From Phallusia mammillata (Eukaryota), in assembly GCA_965637545.1 (NCBI GenBank), contig OZ281499.1:3100001-3164000 (forward strand): a stretch of 64,000 nt of DNA. Direction: 5' to 3'. Below the pieces are notes generated by a model. That model made no database searches, was not told the origin of the DNA, and saw only the letters and a list, made by a program, of their open reading frames with translations. How positions within the stretch are numbered: the stretch's first letter is position 1; the number at the start of each line of letters is the position of its first letter. Shown here piece by piece: positions 26,180 through 38,500 of the stretch. Both the position numbers and the translations under genes were made by a program.

Positions 26180-29100
26180 TTAAATAGCAATGCTGTTTGG
26201 AACTCTGGATGGCAGTAGGAATTTGTAAGGGTAATCCAACCCCTCGTTGCGAGCTTTTATCTTAGCTTCGAGTGCTTGTAGAGCTTTCATGTAATTCTGC
26301 TGAATCTCAATGATTTTCTGCTCTGTGAAGAGACGCTCCGGAAATTGCCCCAAGTAAACCTGAACAACAATTTAACAATTTTGAAGCAGTGTGCACTGTC
26401 TGCAGCTTAACGATTTTGTTGTTTGGCAATTTTCGTATCATTCACTATGCAAACGACCCAAAACAACAGAGATTCTTTTGGGTTGTGTAGCTTTTAGCGA
26501 TGTTGTAGTATCGTGTGTTTTTAAACTATAGTAAGTTGCCATATGAAAGTAGCTAAGAATAGAATAACTTTTAAAATTTAAATTTTGTGAGCATGATTTG
26601 TCGTTCTCATGAAACTATATGTTGCTTTGCGATTGTCTTACTTAACTGAGCTATGTTCGCTAGTGGAAGTTTACGTTCAGTGCCATTGTTTCCATTTTAT
26701 ACACAAATCCAAATTTATCTTGTGGGTTTCGATGTCTCAACGTCTATTTGTGGCAATAGTTGGCCCAACAACCCAAAAACCGATCGCTTGTTAATAGTCT
26801 CACAGAATTAAAACCATTGGTGAATAGCTTTTGACTACCAAGCAATGATTACCTCGTTGGGTGAATACTCAGAAAGTGCAAACACCACTGAAATGACAGA
26901 CCCCGCCATGAATGAATCTGGGAGGCTATCCAAAATCCGTTGTTTGTTTGCCTAAAAATAAAAACGGTTAAAAATCACTTTCAAATAAGCGTGGTTGCAC
27001 TTATTTCATAACTTATTCAACGTTTTAATTGCCAATATCTTTACTTATTTAAGTTTGTTTTTGGTCACTCCTATTTGTTTTTTGTGACTCGAAGCAATAT
27101 TGTACTGCGCCACTTTTGTAACTTGTGACTGATATAACTTACCATTCAAATGTATTGATATTTGTTTATCCAAATGGTACCATTACTTAAAGTCATAAAT
27201 TTTTTTACTCACATCTCCTTTTTTGTGTGGAGACAGACGCATAGAAAGTGGGGCATTTGGGACGAACTTGTAAGTCTCGAACTGACCAAAATTGACAGCA
27301 GCGTGTTGCACAGAACTTGTGAACATCAGTATAAGACAAATTTCAATCTATAAAAAGCAATTGCTGTGTTGTTGGGTTTGTTGTTTTTAAAGTCTTTCAT
27401 ACACAGGTTGTAATGACAGCTGACATGTCACTTTATTTTCTAATCACAAATAGTAAAACAAACGCAAAACAAGGCGCAAAATTAGAGCTACATTGAAGTC
27501 TATGACATGCAATTCAACAACCTTTGGAAATGCTCAATTTGAATGCTACAAATCGATATCGATATACTGCAGTGATATAACACCATAGTGTTTTTTTTTA
27601 ATAAGTGTTTCTTACCAGTTCATCGACTGAAGTCAGGTTTTCTGGCATTCCCTTTGTGTCGTTGTCTTGCCAACCAAGACCCTCGTTGGCGACTTCTTTT
27701 GCCCAAAGCTGCAGCTCATAATCTTTTACAACGTCCTGAAAGGTGGGCATCAATTAATACGGGGTAATCACCACTATTACTGCTACTAACGCATATTGTA
27801 ATAGTTGATAGTACTATAGTTGAGTTTGTGGTTTTCCATAATGAAGGCTTAATTAGTTCCAATCTTGTCATCCGACAGACACTTCATCAAGCTTTTATTT
27901 AAAAAAGTTCATTGAAGAGGTTAGTCTAGACGCAAGGTTTTTAATCTTATCACCTCTTTACCCTTGTTAAAATTAAATGGCAAAAATTTAACCTACATCA
28001 TCACACTTGTAGTAGTAACGAATGCATGCACTCGCGTATTTCTCCATGATCGTCCACTGGTCAAGTGCATCGTCTCGGTAATAGTAGTTAGGCAGAAGGG
28101 TTGCATCGTCCGTCCCTACAAAAGAGTTTGTTTGTTTCAAAAATCTTCTAAACTTGTAGTGTTGTATGCCTACTTGAACAGATAAATGCTTTTTTGAAAA
28201 AAAATAGAAGTACGCCCACCGAATTTTTTGAGAAGTTTTGGAATGTGAAGGCTTTCGATGTTGAACGTTTTGTAGATTTTTTTCGTCAGTGCCAGCGCCT
28301 CTGGAAAGGCAAACATATGTTTACATTATGCATTGACATCAATACAGGGCTGAACATTTGAACACATTAAAGAGTTTTTACGAAGCTTTTTTTGTCATGT
28401 GCCCAAGTGGTTAACACAACAGACTTATGTTTATGGGGTTCTAATCCCATTTTGGTCGCTTGTGTTTCCTTGAGCAAGGAACTTTGGCGGCGTTGCCTCA
28501 ACCCAGTGGTCCCAGATGAGTAAATTGAAGTCACTAACTGCTCTACTCGAAAAAATCAAATAAAAAATGATCAACGGACTTCCAATAAAAACACACAGCT
28601 TGACGCGGACTTATTGCGAGCATAACGCATTCAGGAGTTGCCTGATCACCTAGAATATAGTTGAAGCAAACAAACAAACCACTGCCTGTAAGATCACCAG
28701 TTACTAACTTGTGGAAATCCCCTTTCCAGGAAGAGCCTTCGATGACAAGAGCGTAACTCTTGCGTCATTGTTGATGCACGAAACTGTACGAAGGTGGGGA
28801 CGCAGCAGTTTGTAAATCGGATGAGCACGTGGCAAACATCGGAACAGCGCCACACCAAAAGGTTCCATAGAACCGTGCGTTTCCAAATAGTGGTAGATCC
28901 ACTGAACACATTCAATTGCGTTATAATGGCAGATAGTTAAATTAGCTATGTGACCATACCTCATGCATGTTGCTCTGTGAACACCGTAGGTACATCTTGG
29001 CAAGCAACCAATCCGCTTTGCGGTCGTTACGCGTAAAAATGTAATCCCGATTACCAGGAACCAGTTGAATTGCCAAGGGCAGAAATTGACCTTTGTCGTT

Positions 29101-32100
29101 GACGTAAAAGAGTCCAATGCACTCAGCACAGTAAAGTTGCTCATTTTTTAAGTAATGCTCCATTCTCTCGACTCCGCTGAAAACCTCCGAGAAGTCGACG
29201 ATGTAGATTTTACCTGCCTGTTGAGAGGTATATAGCCAAGAAGTACATTACTGTTATTTTAAGAACTTTGACTTCTTTTCAAAGGATATACATCCTTCCG
29301 CCATTTACGATTTCCTTACTTTTATGCTTTTAACAATTTTTTTGTTGCGATTTCTTTGATTACGGTTTGTACATAACACCAAACCACGGTTGTTTCACGC
29401 TTGGTTTATGATTTTAATTTGTACCTTCATTTCACCCTCCAGGGTTTTGCCTGTTCCAAGAATCGTATCTACGTCACTATTGTTGATATTACAGTTTGAT
29501 GGCAATGACGTGCACCGTTTGAAGCAGAGTGGAACAATTCCGTTTAACGTTTGTCTGCCGGTGCTATAATCCGAAAACCAACTGCAAATACCAAATTGCA
29601 TAATATACTGCACAAGGAGTCCTAAAAACTTTAATGTGGTTATATGTACTTACTCATCCAAATCTATTGGTTCCTCTCCTGCCATTGACTCGTGCTTGTA
29701 CAATGAGTGATAATCTGTTAACTCGTCAATTGGCGACATGATGGCTGCAATATGCATACATTTTTCTGTTTTCAAACTGATCATACTTTTTGAAGTTTAG
29801 TTTACAATAGAAGCAAGTTGAGTTGTGATATTTTCTTTTTTTAACATTTTTGTTTTTGCGAAGACGTAGCATTGTGTCATAAAAAAGTTCGTTAGTACGA
29901 ATTATTCTACGTATATTTCCGTCTCTCACACCACATAAGTGTTTACTAACGGGATTGTGCGCCATGCAGGGTGTTTATTTGGGCATTTGGACTTGCCATG
30001 CTTCTTTAACAAAAACAACCAAAATTGCTTTCAAATATTTATCTTTTTCTATTTGTGGATATGGAGGCATTAGAATTTTAAAGTCGATTTGACTGGCAAA
30101 GCTAAAACTAAGCAAAAAATCATTTACTTGACTTACTTTGGATAGTGTCGAATATAGACTCGGCGAGCCCAGCTAGAGCGGTGCCCACGAAGTGAGTTGC
30201 CTTAACCTTGTCCTGTTGAAATATTCTCGGGAGTTGAAAACGCGTGGCACCTTTGACGTAACGGGGAAGTCCCCAGCTGCTGTCACCTTCCTTTGGTTTC
30301 GGAATCCATTCAAATTTCTTGAAGTTTTCGGCTATCTCATCAATACGAAGTTTCTTTATCTTCGGGTTGGTGATGTTTTGTGGGAGTTGAGCTAAAAGGG
30401 AAATGTACATTTTCGTTGCCAGTGCAAATTTATTTGACTAAAAGGCACTCTTTGGCCTCCCAAAGAAGTTTGTTTTAGCTCTTAAAAATGTGTTACCAGA
30501 TTTGGACGAGGCAACCTTGTCTACTGACTTAACAAAAACATAATTTGAATGTAGTGAGATGCGTGATGAGAGGGTTAAACATGAACAAGAGTGTTAAACA
30601 TGAAGGAGATAGAGGAAATCGCAAAAGACAGGAAAAGTGGAACAATCTTGCTGCCCAATGCGCCCAAGAGTGCGGGAAACTATAATAAATAGTGACATAT
30701 AATAATAGTCTACCCAAGTTTACAAACTCCCTCATCTGTGACTGCGCCGGCGCCCGGGTTTAGAAGCGATAATATATGACAATACAGTTTGCAGAAAACA
30801 TAAAATACCATAATCGAGATTTCTACGAAAGAAAAATTCCAAGTAATACAAGCAAACAACAAGTCAGACCGAGAATATGTGAACTTTACCGTAACGTTAA
30901 GTCAAGCGAAAACGCCACAAACCCAATTTCCGTGTTGAAATAACCTTTCATGAAATGAAAATTGAGTTTGTATAAATTTTTCGCTGCCAGTCAAATATGC
31001 GTGGGTGGGAACAAAAAATTGTGGCTATGCATAAATTTGATTGAAACACCGGATTTAAAAATCAAATAATTTGCAACGTTTGCTGCGTTTCTTTGTAATT
31101 TACTGAACCGAATGATGACCGGAAGACCAATATTTATGCCCTCTGGCTCCGCCATATTTTAGTATTGTTAAACAAGACCTCTTTGGCCAAGAGGTTTCTG
31201 ACAATTTCGCTTAAGTAAACATCGAAATTAATGCAAAACATGTCGAGCATTGGTTAGGTTTTTGGTCTCTATAGTTTTGTTTTATTAACAGAATGATTAC
31301 AATAATTACTGGGCCAGGTAAATACTCAAAGGTACTTGTAATATTTTTGAGTGTTTAAGACCCATTTTTTTCTCAGAAATTTTTATTTTACCTTTTGTAT
31401 TTCAAAAAGCATCAGAGTAGTGCAAAATTTTACGACTTGATGTGTTATAGGCCACTTTACTTAACAAATGTCACAAGGAAATGCAAATGAAACACAGGCG
31501 AGACGCATGAGACCTAAACTTTGACATACCCTCTCCTCTGGCCACATCAATTTCAGTTGTAATCCAATCATAGATGGGGAACTCAGCTGTTTCCACACCA
31601 TGTTCCACTTTAACCATGTTACACATCCATTCATCTTCACCAAACCAAGATGACAACTCTGTTGATTGTTGAAAAAGAAAGTGAATTTTTTTATTTACTG
31701 TTGGTCAATGAAGTATTATTCTGTGGTTTCACATAAACTTATGATCCCATTTAAGCTAGGGGTCGGTAACCTTTTTTGTGCCGGGGACCGGTTTGAAACT
31801 GAAATTTTATATTACTGACCGGCCTTTTGAAACCACACATGGTTAGTCCGGAAAACTAATTACGGTTGTTACAACTTTTCAATGTGAACCTTGAGCAAGA
31901 CGGACCGGCACTGGGCCGCGGGTTTCTATATTTACCTGATTTCATTACTTGGAAATAGTTTTTAGATATTCACACATAAAGTTCCGTTATAACTTACTAA
32001 ACCGAATGATGATTGGTAGACCGACGTCTTCGCAAGTTAAATTGTAAACATCAGTTTTTCCGGGCTCGAAGTCGTCATGCAGGAATTTATCGAGTTTTAG

Positions 32101-32503
32101 CCAGTCGGTGGTGACGATGGTGTTGTCCTTCTCCCCAACCATCTGAAGGGACACTGTGGCGTTTGTGCCGGCCTTAATCGACGTATCAGAAGTCTGTGTA
32201 AAAGAAGATGATATCCTTTCTCAAAAGTTCTACTTGCTATTAGCTTATTAGAAGCTGACGAATTTTACTGAAAAACATGTCCTGCGAAAAATTCAATCAT
32301 AATTGTTTAAAGCTTTTGCTCATTCGTTTTTTTGACATTGCTTATAGTTCTACGAGGCATCAACGGAACATTTTGGTGCAATTACTTATTTGACGTCGTT
32401 TAATAGGAAATTAAACAAACAAATTCGACTTGCATTTAGCGTTAGACTTGCTCACATATTTTCTTTAACTTACCGACACTGAAACTCTGTAAGTAGTTTT
32501 CAT
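26180..32503 (-). CDS. LOX3: ALOX5-like lipoxygenase, 14 exons, 680 aa, canonical iron ligands
   Basis: Exons: 32503-32474, 32193-31998, 31658-31530, 30391-30137, 29744-29654, 29581-29425, 29217-28960, 28901-28709, 28300-28220, 28115-27997, 27735-27616, 27347-27213, 26951-26853, 26359-26180. Motifs [25 protein letters not shown]. Confidence 0.93.
28394..28680 (+). mobile_element. tRNA-derived SINE in LOX3 intron 8
   Basis: Pol III A-box-like TGCCCAAGTGG (28400-28410), B-box-like GGTTCTAATCC (28437-28447), then tgtgtttccttgagcaaggaactt resembling the conserved SINE core motif, and a (CAAA)n tail near 28667-28680. Confidence 0.65.
30500..30690 (+). mobile_element. Possible 3' fragment of an RTE-like LINE
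   Basis: Translates, with one frameshift, as ...EEIAKDR/EKWNNLAAQCAQECGKL*. This resembles the A-x-D-R-x-x-W C-terminal signature of RTE-type ORFs and is followed by a TAATAA tail. Confidence 0.35.
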
Positions 32504-34502
32504 TTCTTTGCAGTGCAATCAATCACTTGTAAGAGCTAATTGTTTATATTATCTGCACACAGAATAAATCATGTACCCAAAGTTGAAAGCACAGAAATTG
32601 AAACTCTCCACTTTTTTACGCCAACTCAAGCGGTATAAATAATATTATAACAAAATGCTTTTATAAAAACAGACATTTCCTTTTTGTTTCAATGAGTTTG
32701 TTCTTTGGTATTCGACGTGAAAAATGGCAGTTGAGCAACATAGGTTTCCATCAATGTATTCTATACTGACCAATGCTTTTTGCAGTTATAATATTATTTT
32801 TTTCCTGGTTTCTGTCTTTGTCTAAGTCCTTTGCATGTTTCTGAAATATGGCAACCTGTACTTAGCAACAAAACAAAGGTTCTAAGATACTCTCAGTAGT
32901 ACCACGAAAAGTCAAATCTGCATCAAATTTCACTGAAGTTAACATAAGTGTCCCAAACTTTGTTGCGAGTTGTTAACTTGCCACTTTCAAAAAATATTCC
33001 TGACATCCAGCTAAGTTTGCTCCTGAATCTATATTCGTACCACGCCGGCCAACCAATACATCACCACGCCTGGGCTGAACAAAGATCGCTAAACAAGTTC
33101 ATCAATGCGTTGGGGCAAACCGACTGAGCGAAGAGCAAACACTTCGATGAGTAAAACTCCACAAAAAAGGCGCCGACTGGAATCAGCATTGAATAGCGCT
33201 GAAACGTTAAGGCTCCAGTATTGCAAATATAGTGTACTCCCACGCATCTGTTTTCGGCTTGATATCATTAACAGACTGACAAAAATGCTCTTTGGTTTGA
33301 TTTTAGGTGGGGCAATACAATTACAACACGAGGTGTGGAAATTTAATGCAGATATCGTTCACTAAAGTTTGATCAACCTTTGATTAAAAGTTTATGACTA
33401 AAAATCTCTTTTTTATTGGGACACGTTTTCACTTTTAAGCTACGTGGCCTCAAGCAAAACATTTATGGTTCATCCCTTTATAATGTCATTTACCTAATTC
33501 ACCACTCCTACCCCAGCCTGTTGTTGTTCTTTAACGTGCAACGATTGAAATAGCCTATAAACATACATTTAAAAATGATCGTACATGTTTTTAGATGTTT
33601 ACTGGTTAATGTCACACACTCAAAAAAGTTCAATGAACACATAAATATTGCTACTGTATATATTTTTTATATATGCTTATTCCCTTTACACCAAGAGCCA
33701 ATTTTATGCATAACAAGTCATTTTTTGCATAATCTAGTATCGGTTTTCTATGACAAGGTTATCTCTTTGCAGAGTTTATCTTTCGAAACATTTATCATTA
33801 TACATGTTGCCGAGCCGAATCGCATTCAAGGTTTTCAGCTTTGCGCAAAAACGATATGGTGGTTATTGTAAAGTGATATACAAACATAAGGCCGCTTAAT
33901 TGGTAATTTTAAAGTATTTTTAGACTTTTAGTCTATTCTTCCCAAAAAATCTGAATTAATTTGTGTGCAGCAGTTGTTTGCGTCGAATTTAGACATACCA
34001 AATGTATGAATTTCTTTATTGTGAACAGTTAAACCATCAGGAGTAGTTGGAAGAAACATTCAAAGTGTATAGATCACTCTGACTTCATTGTCCAATAGTA
34101 ATACATGCTGATTTCTAAGTTTACATACTAAAACTGTATTACATTCCCAGGCCATGTAGCACATTAAAAAAATCCTTTATATGACTGTACAAATCTATTA
34201 AATTTGTTTCATTAGAGTCTCTTGTGCGTTATATGTATAAAAAACGACTAATTTGTATAACTTTGCACCAGTTGGACGAACAAATTAATGAAATATGTAA
34301 CTTGGTGTATGGAACGTATGTTCAGCATTAACTACAAATTTCCCCGTAATTGTAGTTCTATGGAAAAGCTTTGCGTGAAGTCACAAGTCACCTCAACCCA
34401 AAACCTTACTTTAAATGTTTGCGGGCCATACGAAAGAAAATTTGAAACAACAGCTGCGGGCCACTTGAAATGCCGTCGCGGGCCGCACTTTGGACACCCC
34501 TG

Positions 34503-34637
34503 GCGTAAGCGGACAAAAAAGCACGATGATATTTATATAACTGCCAGATCAAACCCATCAAATGTTAATATATAATGATGCAAATGTATGTCTTTAATTT
34601 TGTCCTATTTCATTCAATAGCAATGCTGTTTGGAACT
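34503..34637 (-). pseudogene. Relic stub of a LOX terminal exon (last ~8 codons, VPNSIAI region) plus 3' flank
   Basis: 34614-34637 tcaatagcaatgctgtttggaact matches the LOX4 stop region with one base deleted. 34503-34610 matches the LOX5 3' flank at ~42840-42948. Confidence 0.75.
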
Positions 34638-35533
34638 AAATACGGAAGGTTAATACGGAAACCACGAAAACGCAACGACCCCACCTTGCACTTGCGTGCA
34701 GCAAATTTTGCCAACCCCCTTAGTGGCAGCCAAACTGAAGTATCCATTGTAATCTACATGGAAGTTTTGCGGCGAGGCAACCAAGTATAACGTACTTGAC
34801 GAAGTGCAAGAGCCCTGATGATAGGTTTATCAGGAAAACACAGCATTGGCTCCATTGGAGTGTGAAGAACTCAGTGTAGAAACAAAACCACGAAAAAGCA
34901 TTGACCTCTTTGAAAGGGGAGAATTCACATGAGTAATTGCACTGTAGTTCCACGCAACAAATTTGGACAGAACGACACACACCCTTTGTTAATAGAGTTT
35001 TGGTGAGGCAAAACACATTTGCCATAACTTTCGTACAGTTGTTGAGCATTGCAACTTGTGTCTGTCGATTTTTTCTAAACATCAGCAACTTGGCATTGTT
35101 GCCCAACCGTTGCCGTTTTTTTATGCTTCACTGAAAGTCGGCTACATAAGAGTCTGTTGAGCAAATGGCGTCAAACTGCGATTAAACTTTGCAAACTCAA
35201 CTTTGCACGATTTAGGTCCGCTGTTTTTAAACTACCATATCCTATTTTCGTTAATCCTTGGAGCATGCATTCCGTTTTTCACAGATTTTAGTTGATTTCA
35301 TTGTTCAAAAACTTTTATTCTATTTACGTGGCATTCACTTTTTTCACTTTTTTTTAAATCACCTAACAACACATACAAATTTGAACGTTTGGTTGGATGC
35401 AGTATTGTTTGTATTGCTTAGAGCGGTCAAAAATGACAGTCATTGATATTTACATATAGCTTCCAGATATATTTACATCATATTATAGCATATAGTGCTG
35501 CAAATATATGTCTTTAATTTTGTCCTATTTCAT

Positions 35534-38500
35534 TCAAATAGCAATGCTGTTTGGAACTCTGGATGGCAGTAGGAATTTGTAAGGGTAATCCAAACCCTCG
35601 TTGCGAGCTTTTATCTTAGCCTCAAGCGCTTGTAGATCGCTCATGTAATTATGTTGGATGTCGAGAATGATCTTTTCTGTGAAGCGGCGCTCTGGAAATT
35701 GTCCCAAGTAAACCTGAACGACAACTTGGCCTAAGTTTTTGGCAACATAAATGCCACACTATTGTCAGAGGCTTGATTTGGTTTGTTCATTTTTATCTCC
35801 CAATTTATTTACATTTAAATTAATTAAATTATTCGTTTAAGTCAGTGGTTCCCAACCGGTGTTACGTTACTACCTACTTTAACAAAGCTTTGATTACCTC
35901 GTTGGGTGAATACTCAGAAAGTGCAAACACCAATGATATAACAGACCCAGCCATCAATGAATCTGGGAGGCTATCCAAAATCCTTTGTTTGTTTGCCTAA
36001 AAGTTAAAGCTCTTATAAAAACATGGAAATGTGAGGTTTTGTTACCTTCTCTGCAAACCGTTATTTTCTTAAATATTTCCTTAAAAACCTGTTTTTGAAA
36101 TGTATGTATTTCGGTGAGCTTTTTGGGCTTATTTACTTGAAGTTTATGTTCTTTTATGGTGACTGGCATAACTTCAGTGTTTTACCACCTAGTAAAGTCA
36201 TAAAAATTTTTACTCACCTCTCCCTTTTTGTGTGGAGGAAGACGCATAGCAAGCGGTGCATTTGGGACGAACTTGTAAGTCTCGAACTGACCAAAATTGA
36301 CAGCAGCGTGTTGCACAGAACTTGTGAACATCAATATGACACAAATTTCAATCTATAAAACACAAAATTGCAGTGTTGTTGAGTTTGTACTTAGAAATTA
36401 TGGGAAAAGATTTTTGTCGGCAGAAATAATTTATATTGTTATCAGTTCTTCAAATCACAGTTTTCTTTTCACAATCACCAATCAAAGAGGGGAAAACGAT
36501 GCGCAAACATGTAGATTTTAGTTGTTAACCTTTGAAAACAAACAAGATTAAACAATTCCCAATTTAGATGACGCTTTTGGTGCAGTTTAGAAATGTTTCT
36601 CACCAGTTGATCGACTGAAGTCAGGTTTTCTGGCATTCCCTTTGTGTCGTGGTCTTGCCAACCGAGACCCTCTTTGGCGACATCTTTTGCCCAAAGTTTC
36701 AGCTCGTAGTCGTTGACAACGTCCTCAAAGACAAAAATTTATTTACGGCACTTAAGCAGCACATCTTAAATCAATCATGTTTCCACTTCCTTACAAGAAC
36801 CATTAAATGCACCATTAAATAAAAGTGTCCAACTCTACAGAGAGTTTGGATGAACATGTCACAATGCGCAATTTCAAACGGTTCCATACCTCATCACACT
36901 TGTAGTGATGACGGATACAAGCACTCGCATATTTCTCCATGACCTCCCAGTGGTCAAGTGCATCGTCTCGGTAATAGTAGTTAGGCAGAAGAGTTGCATC
37001 GTTCGTTCCTGCAAAAATGTTTTGTTGTTCTGTTATTGTCCCTAACATAGACCGTTAGAAAACCTACCAAATTGTTTAATCATCTTTGGAATGTTAAGGC
37101 TTTCGATACTGAACGTTTTGTAGTGTTTTCTTGTCAAGGAAAGCGCCTCTGCAAAGATAAATATGTAAATGCATCATACATTGACGTAAATTCTTATGGC
37201 GTTTACTTGTGGAAATCCCCTTTCCAGGAAGAGCCTTCGAGGGCAAGAGCGCAAGTTTTGCGTCATTGTTGATGCACGAAACTGTACGAAGGTGGGGACG
37301 CAGCAGTTTGTAAATCGGATGAGCACGTGGCAAACATCGGAATAGAGCCACACCGAACGGTTCCATACAAGCGTGCGTTTCCAAATAGTTGTAGATCCAC
37401 TAAAAGTGTGAACGGTAAAACAGGGCGGATATTTTTTACACACGTCAGGGTTATAAAGTTCTGCTTTTATCCACATATCCCACCGCAGCCTAGATTTTTC
37501 TAGCCTACGACCAGCCATATGGGGATGCTTGGTGACCGGCTGATTAAATGGGCCTGGAGTACTATGATTGTTACATATGTGTGTCATGATCACTGCATCG
37601 ACGTTTCATGGCTGATCCCAGCTATTATTCTATGCTTTATATAAAGTCGAAGTTTTGATACGTTTTATTTACTATTTGGTTAAAACGGTTTTGTCATATT
37701 AGTGCTGTACCTTCCTTTTATCATCTTAGCTTTGTGAATTCACCTGATGCATGTTGCTCTGTGCACACCGCAGGTACATCTTGGCAAGCAGCCAATCCTC
37801 TTCGCTGTCGTTGGGAGTGAACAGGTGATCACGACTTCCAGGAACCAGTTGAATTGCCAAGGGCAGAAATTCACCTTTGTCGTTTACGTAAAAGAGAGCA
37901 ATGCACTCAGCACAGTAAAGTTGCTCCATTCTTTCGACTCCGTTGAAGACTTCCGAGAAGTCAGAAATGTAGATTTTGCCGGCCTGTTAAAAAATGTCAT
38001 AACTCAAGAGGTATTTTAAGTTGCTAACTGTTTTAATTAGAACTTTAACTTGCATGTGCGGTCTTATAACCTAATTTGTACCTCCATTTCACCGTCCAGT
38101 GTTTTGTCTGCTCCAAGAATCTTATTTACGTCACTGTTGATGATGTCGCAGTTTGCTGGCAGTGACGTGCAACGTTTAAATGAGAGTGGGACGATTCCGT
38201 TTAGTGTTTGTCTACCGGTGCTTTGATCCGAAAACCAACTGTGAAAACAAAACCACAAGATCCTGAAAAAAGCCTTCTCAAAACGAACCAAATATTCCTG
38301 TTTCTATTTACTTACTCATCCAAATTCATCGGGTCGTTACGTGTCATGGATTCGTGCTTGTACAACGAGTGGTAATCCTTTAACTCTTCAATAGGCGACA
38401 TGATCGCTGCAATATTAGATTATTTTTCTGTTTTCATTCGCTTCAATCTTTTTGATATTTAGTTTCAAAATGAAACAAAATGAATTCATAATTTTTGTTT

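Noticed and set aside
28394-28470. tRNA gene
   Set aside because: A/B boxes are present, but there is no convincing cloverleaf and it continues into a SINE-core-like motif and simple-repeat tail.
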